DNA from: Eledone cirrhosa
Lineage: Eukaryota
NCBI GenBank assembly: GCA_964016885.1
Contig: OZ024763.1
Coordinates: forward strand, 29,822,001 to 29,886,000
Length of the DNA stretch: 64,000 bases
Reading direction: 5' to 3'
The notes beneath the pieces are model-generated. The model was not told the origin of the DNA. It worked only from the letters and a program-made list of their open reading frames with translations, and ran no database searches. Below are positions 62,485 to 64,000 of the stretch, in pieces. The translations under genes were made by a program, and so were the position numbers. The number at the start of each line of letters is the position of its first letter. The first letter of the stretch is position 1.

Positions 62485-62854
62485 TAATTATATATATATA
62501 TATAATTATACCCCTTTTCATATTTATCTATGTAATCTGACTCTCTATATGATACAGTCTGTTACCCTTGTCTACATCACTTATCGCAGCCACTACTTTC
62601 TCCTTCCAATATACAATGGTTTAAAATCATACGTTTTTCTCTACTTCCGCGTTTATTACTCGCTCAGGGATGCTTTAGTCCGTTTACACCATAGTGTCTT
62701 ATATAAACGTACTGTATTAAGCTACAGCAAGTGGGACCCCATTTGCTCACGATACAGAGAGATGAGGAGGGCGAGAGAGATGTGGGCGATGACGGTGGGA
62801 TTTCGGCTCTTCTGTGTTCGGACACATTGCACCTGCCATTTATAATCTTATTAT

Positions 62855-63620
62855 CTTTGACGCATAGAGTTACGGCCCTTGCCATTCTGAGTTCTTATCC
62901 CGCCGAGGTTAACTTTGCCTTTCAATCTTACGGGGTCGATAAAATAAAGTACCAGTAATGTAGTGGGTAATTGCTGGCCTTGTGCCAATAGTAGAAACAA
63001 TTTATAATCTTATTAAAGAGCGGTGAAAGCTACAGCTTCCTTCCCAAACATATACTAATACACACATCATATATTTTCATTGGCCTTATAGCTTTCTATT
63101 TTCTTTAGTTCTTTAGTTCTTTCTTTCGTTTTCCTCTCATTTCTTTTTCGTTTTGTGATTGTATTTAACCTTGTCGTTGTTGTTGTCGTAGTTGTTGTGG
63201 GATCGTCAGAGTCGTTAGAGCGTCGGTAAACAAGGTTAGTAGTATATGTTCAGGCTCTTTACGTTCTGGGTTTAAATCCCGTCGAGGTTAGCTTTCCTTT
63301 TCAGCCTTACAGGGTCCATAAAATAAAGTACCAGTAATGCACTGGGGGATCGAATTAATCGACTCTCCCCTTTCCCCCAATTGTTGGCCTTGTGTCTAAA
63401 TCAGAAACCATTATTGATTGTCAGTATCGGTAGAGTATCGAACAGGATGCTTCGTGACATAGATTTCCTTTACGTTCTGGGTTCGAATACCGCCGAGGTT
63501 AACTTTGCCTTTCATCCTTACGGGGTCAATAAAATAAAGTACCAGTAATGCACTGGGACCGATTTAATCGACTTTCCCTGCTACCAAAAATTGCTGGCCT
63601 TGTGCCTAAATCAAAAGCCA
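62855..63620 (+). mobile_element. Three SINE copies (62855-63002, ~63200-63415, ~63418-63620)
   Basis: Core 'aactttgcctttca...ggggtc...aaaataaagtaccagtaatg' and the tail occur in each. Confidence 0.88.
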
Positions 63621-63846
63621 TCATTATTATCATTGTTCATTCCCATTGTGGTTCTTCATTTGTTTATTTTTGTGCTTGTTTTGTTTTGTGCTTGTTTTGG
63701 TCCTGTTTTTGTACCTATTGTCACTAGCTTTGGTCTTGTTAGTGTTGGTGTTGTTGTTATTGTTGGTGTTGGTATTGTCATTGTATTTGGTCTTAGTTGT
63801 CGTGGTGCTGGTGGTGGCGGTGTGGTACTGATCTAAATATACGCTC

Positions 63847-63897
<51 letters not shown>

Positions 63898-63943
63898 TAG
63901 GGGTATAAATTTATATATATATATATATATATAGGGCTATAAA

Positions 63944-64000
<57 letters not shown>

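Overview
AT-rich animal genomic DNA dominated by microsatellites: (TA)n, (CA)n, (GA)n, (TAG)n, (GAT)n and (GGT)n. The repeat landscape and SINEs resemble an octopus/cephalopod genome (inference). Almost all long ORFs in the track are microsatellite artefacts. Recognisable TE content: a Penelope-like GIY-YIG endonuclease fragment with a 5' inversion, a Tx1/L1-type LINE 3' end, a Tc1/mariner transposase fragment, tiny MITEs, a non-autonomous Helitron carrying a 55-bp array, and many copies of a tRNA-derived SINE. The main observation concerns the short unique islands inside (TA)n tracts. They belong to roughly ten sequence-unrelated families, and most carry a minimal type I hammerhead-ribozyme (HHR) motif with a palindromic stem III loop. 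By eye I count over 25 cores, including 7 in a ~95-bp tandem array. Several of these islands are fold-back palindromes, and several share a TTGAGTNC motif near the 3' end. This reads as a dense community of (TA)n-targeting Penelope-like or retrozyme-like elements. A few weak host-exon candidates lie on the minus strand. All RNA folds were read manually, not computed.
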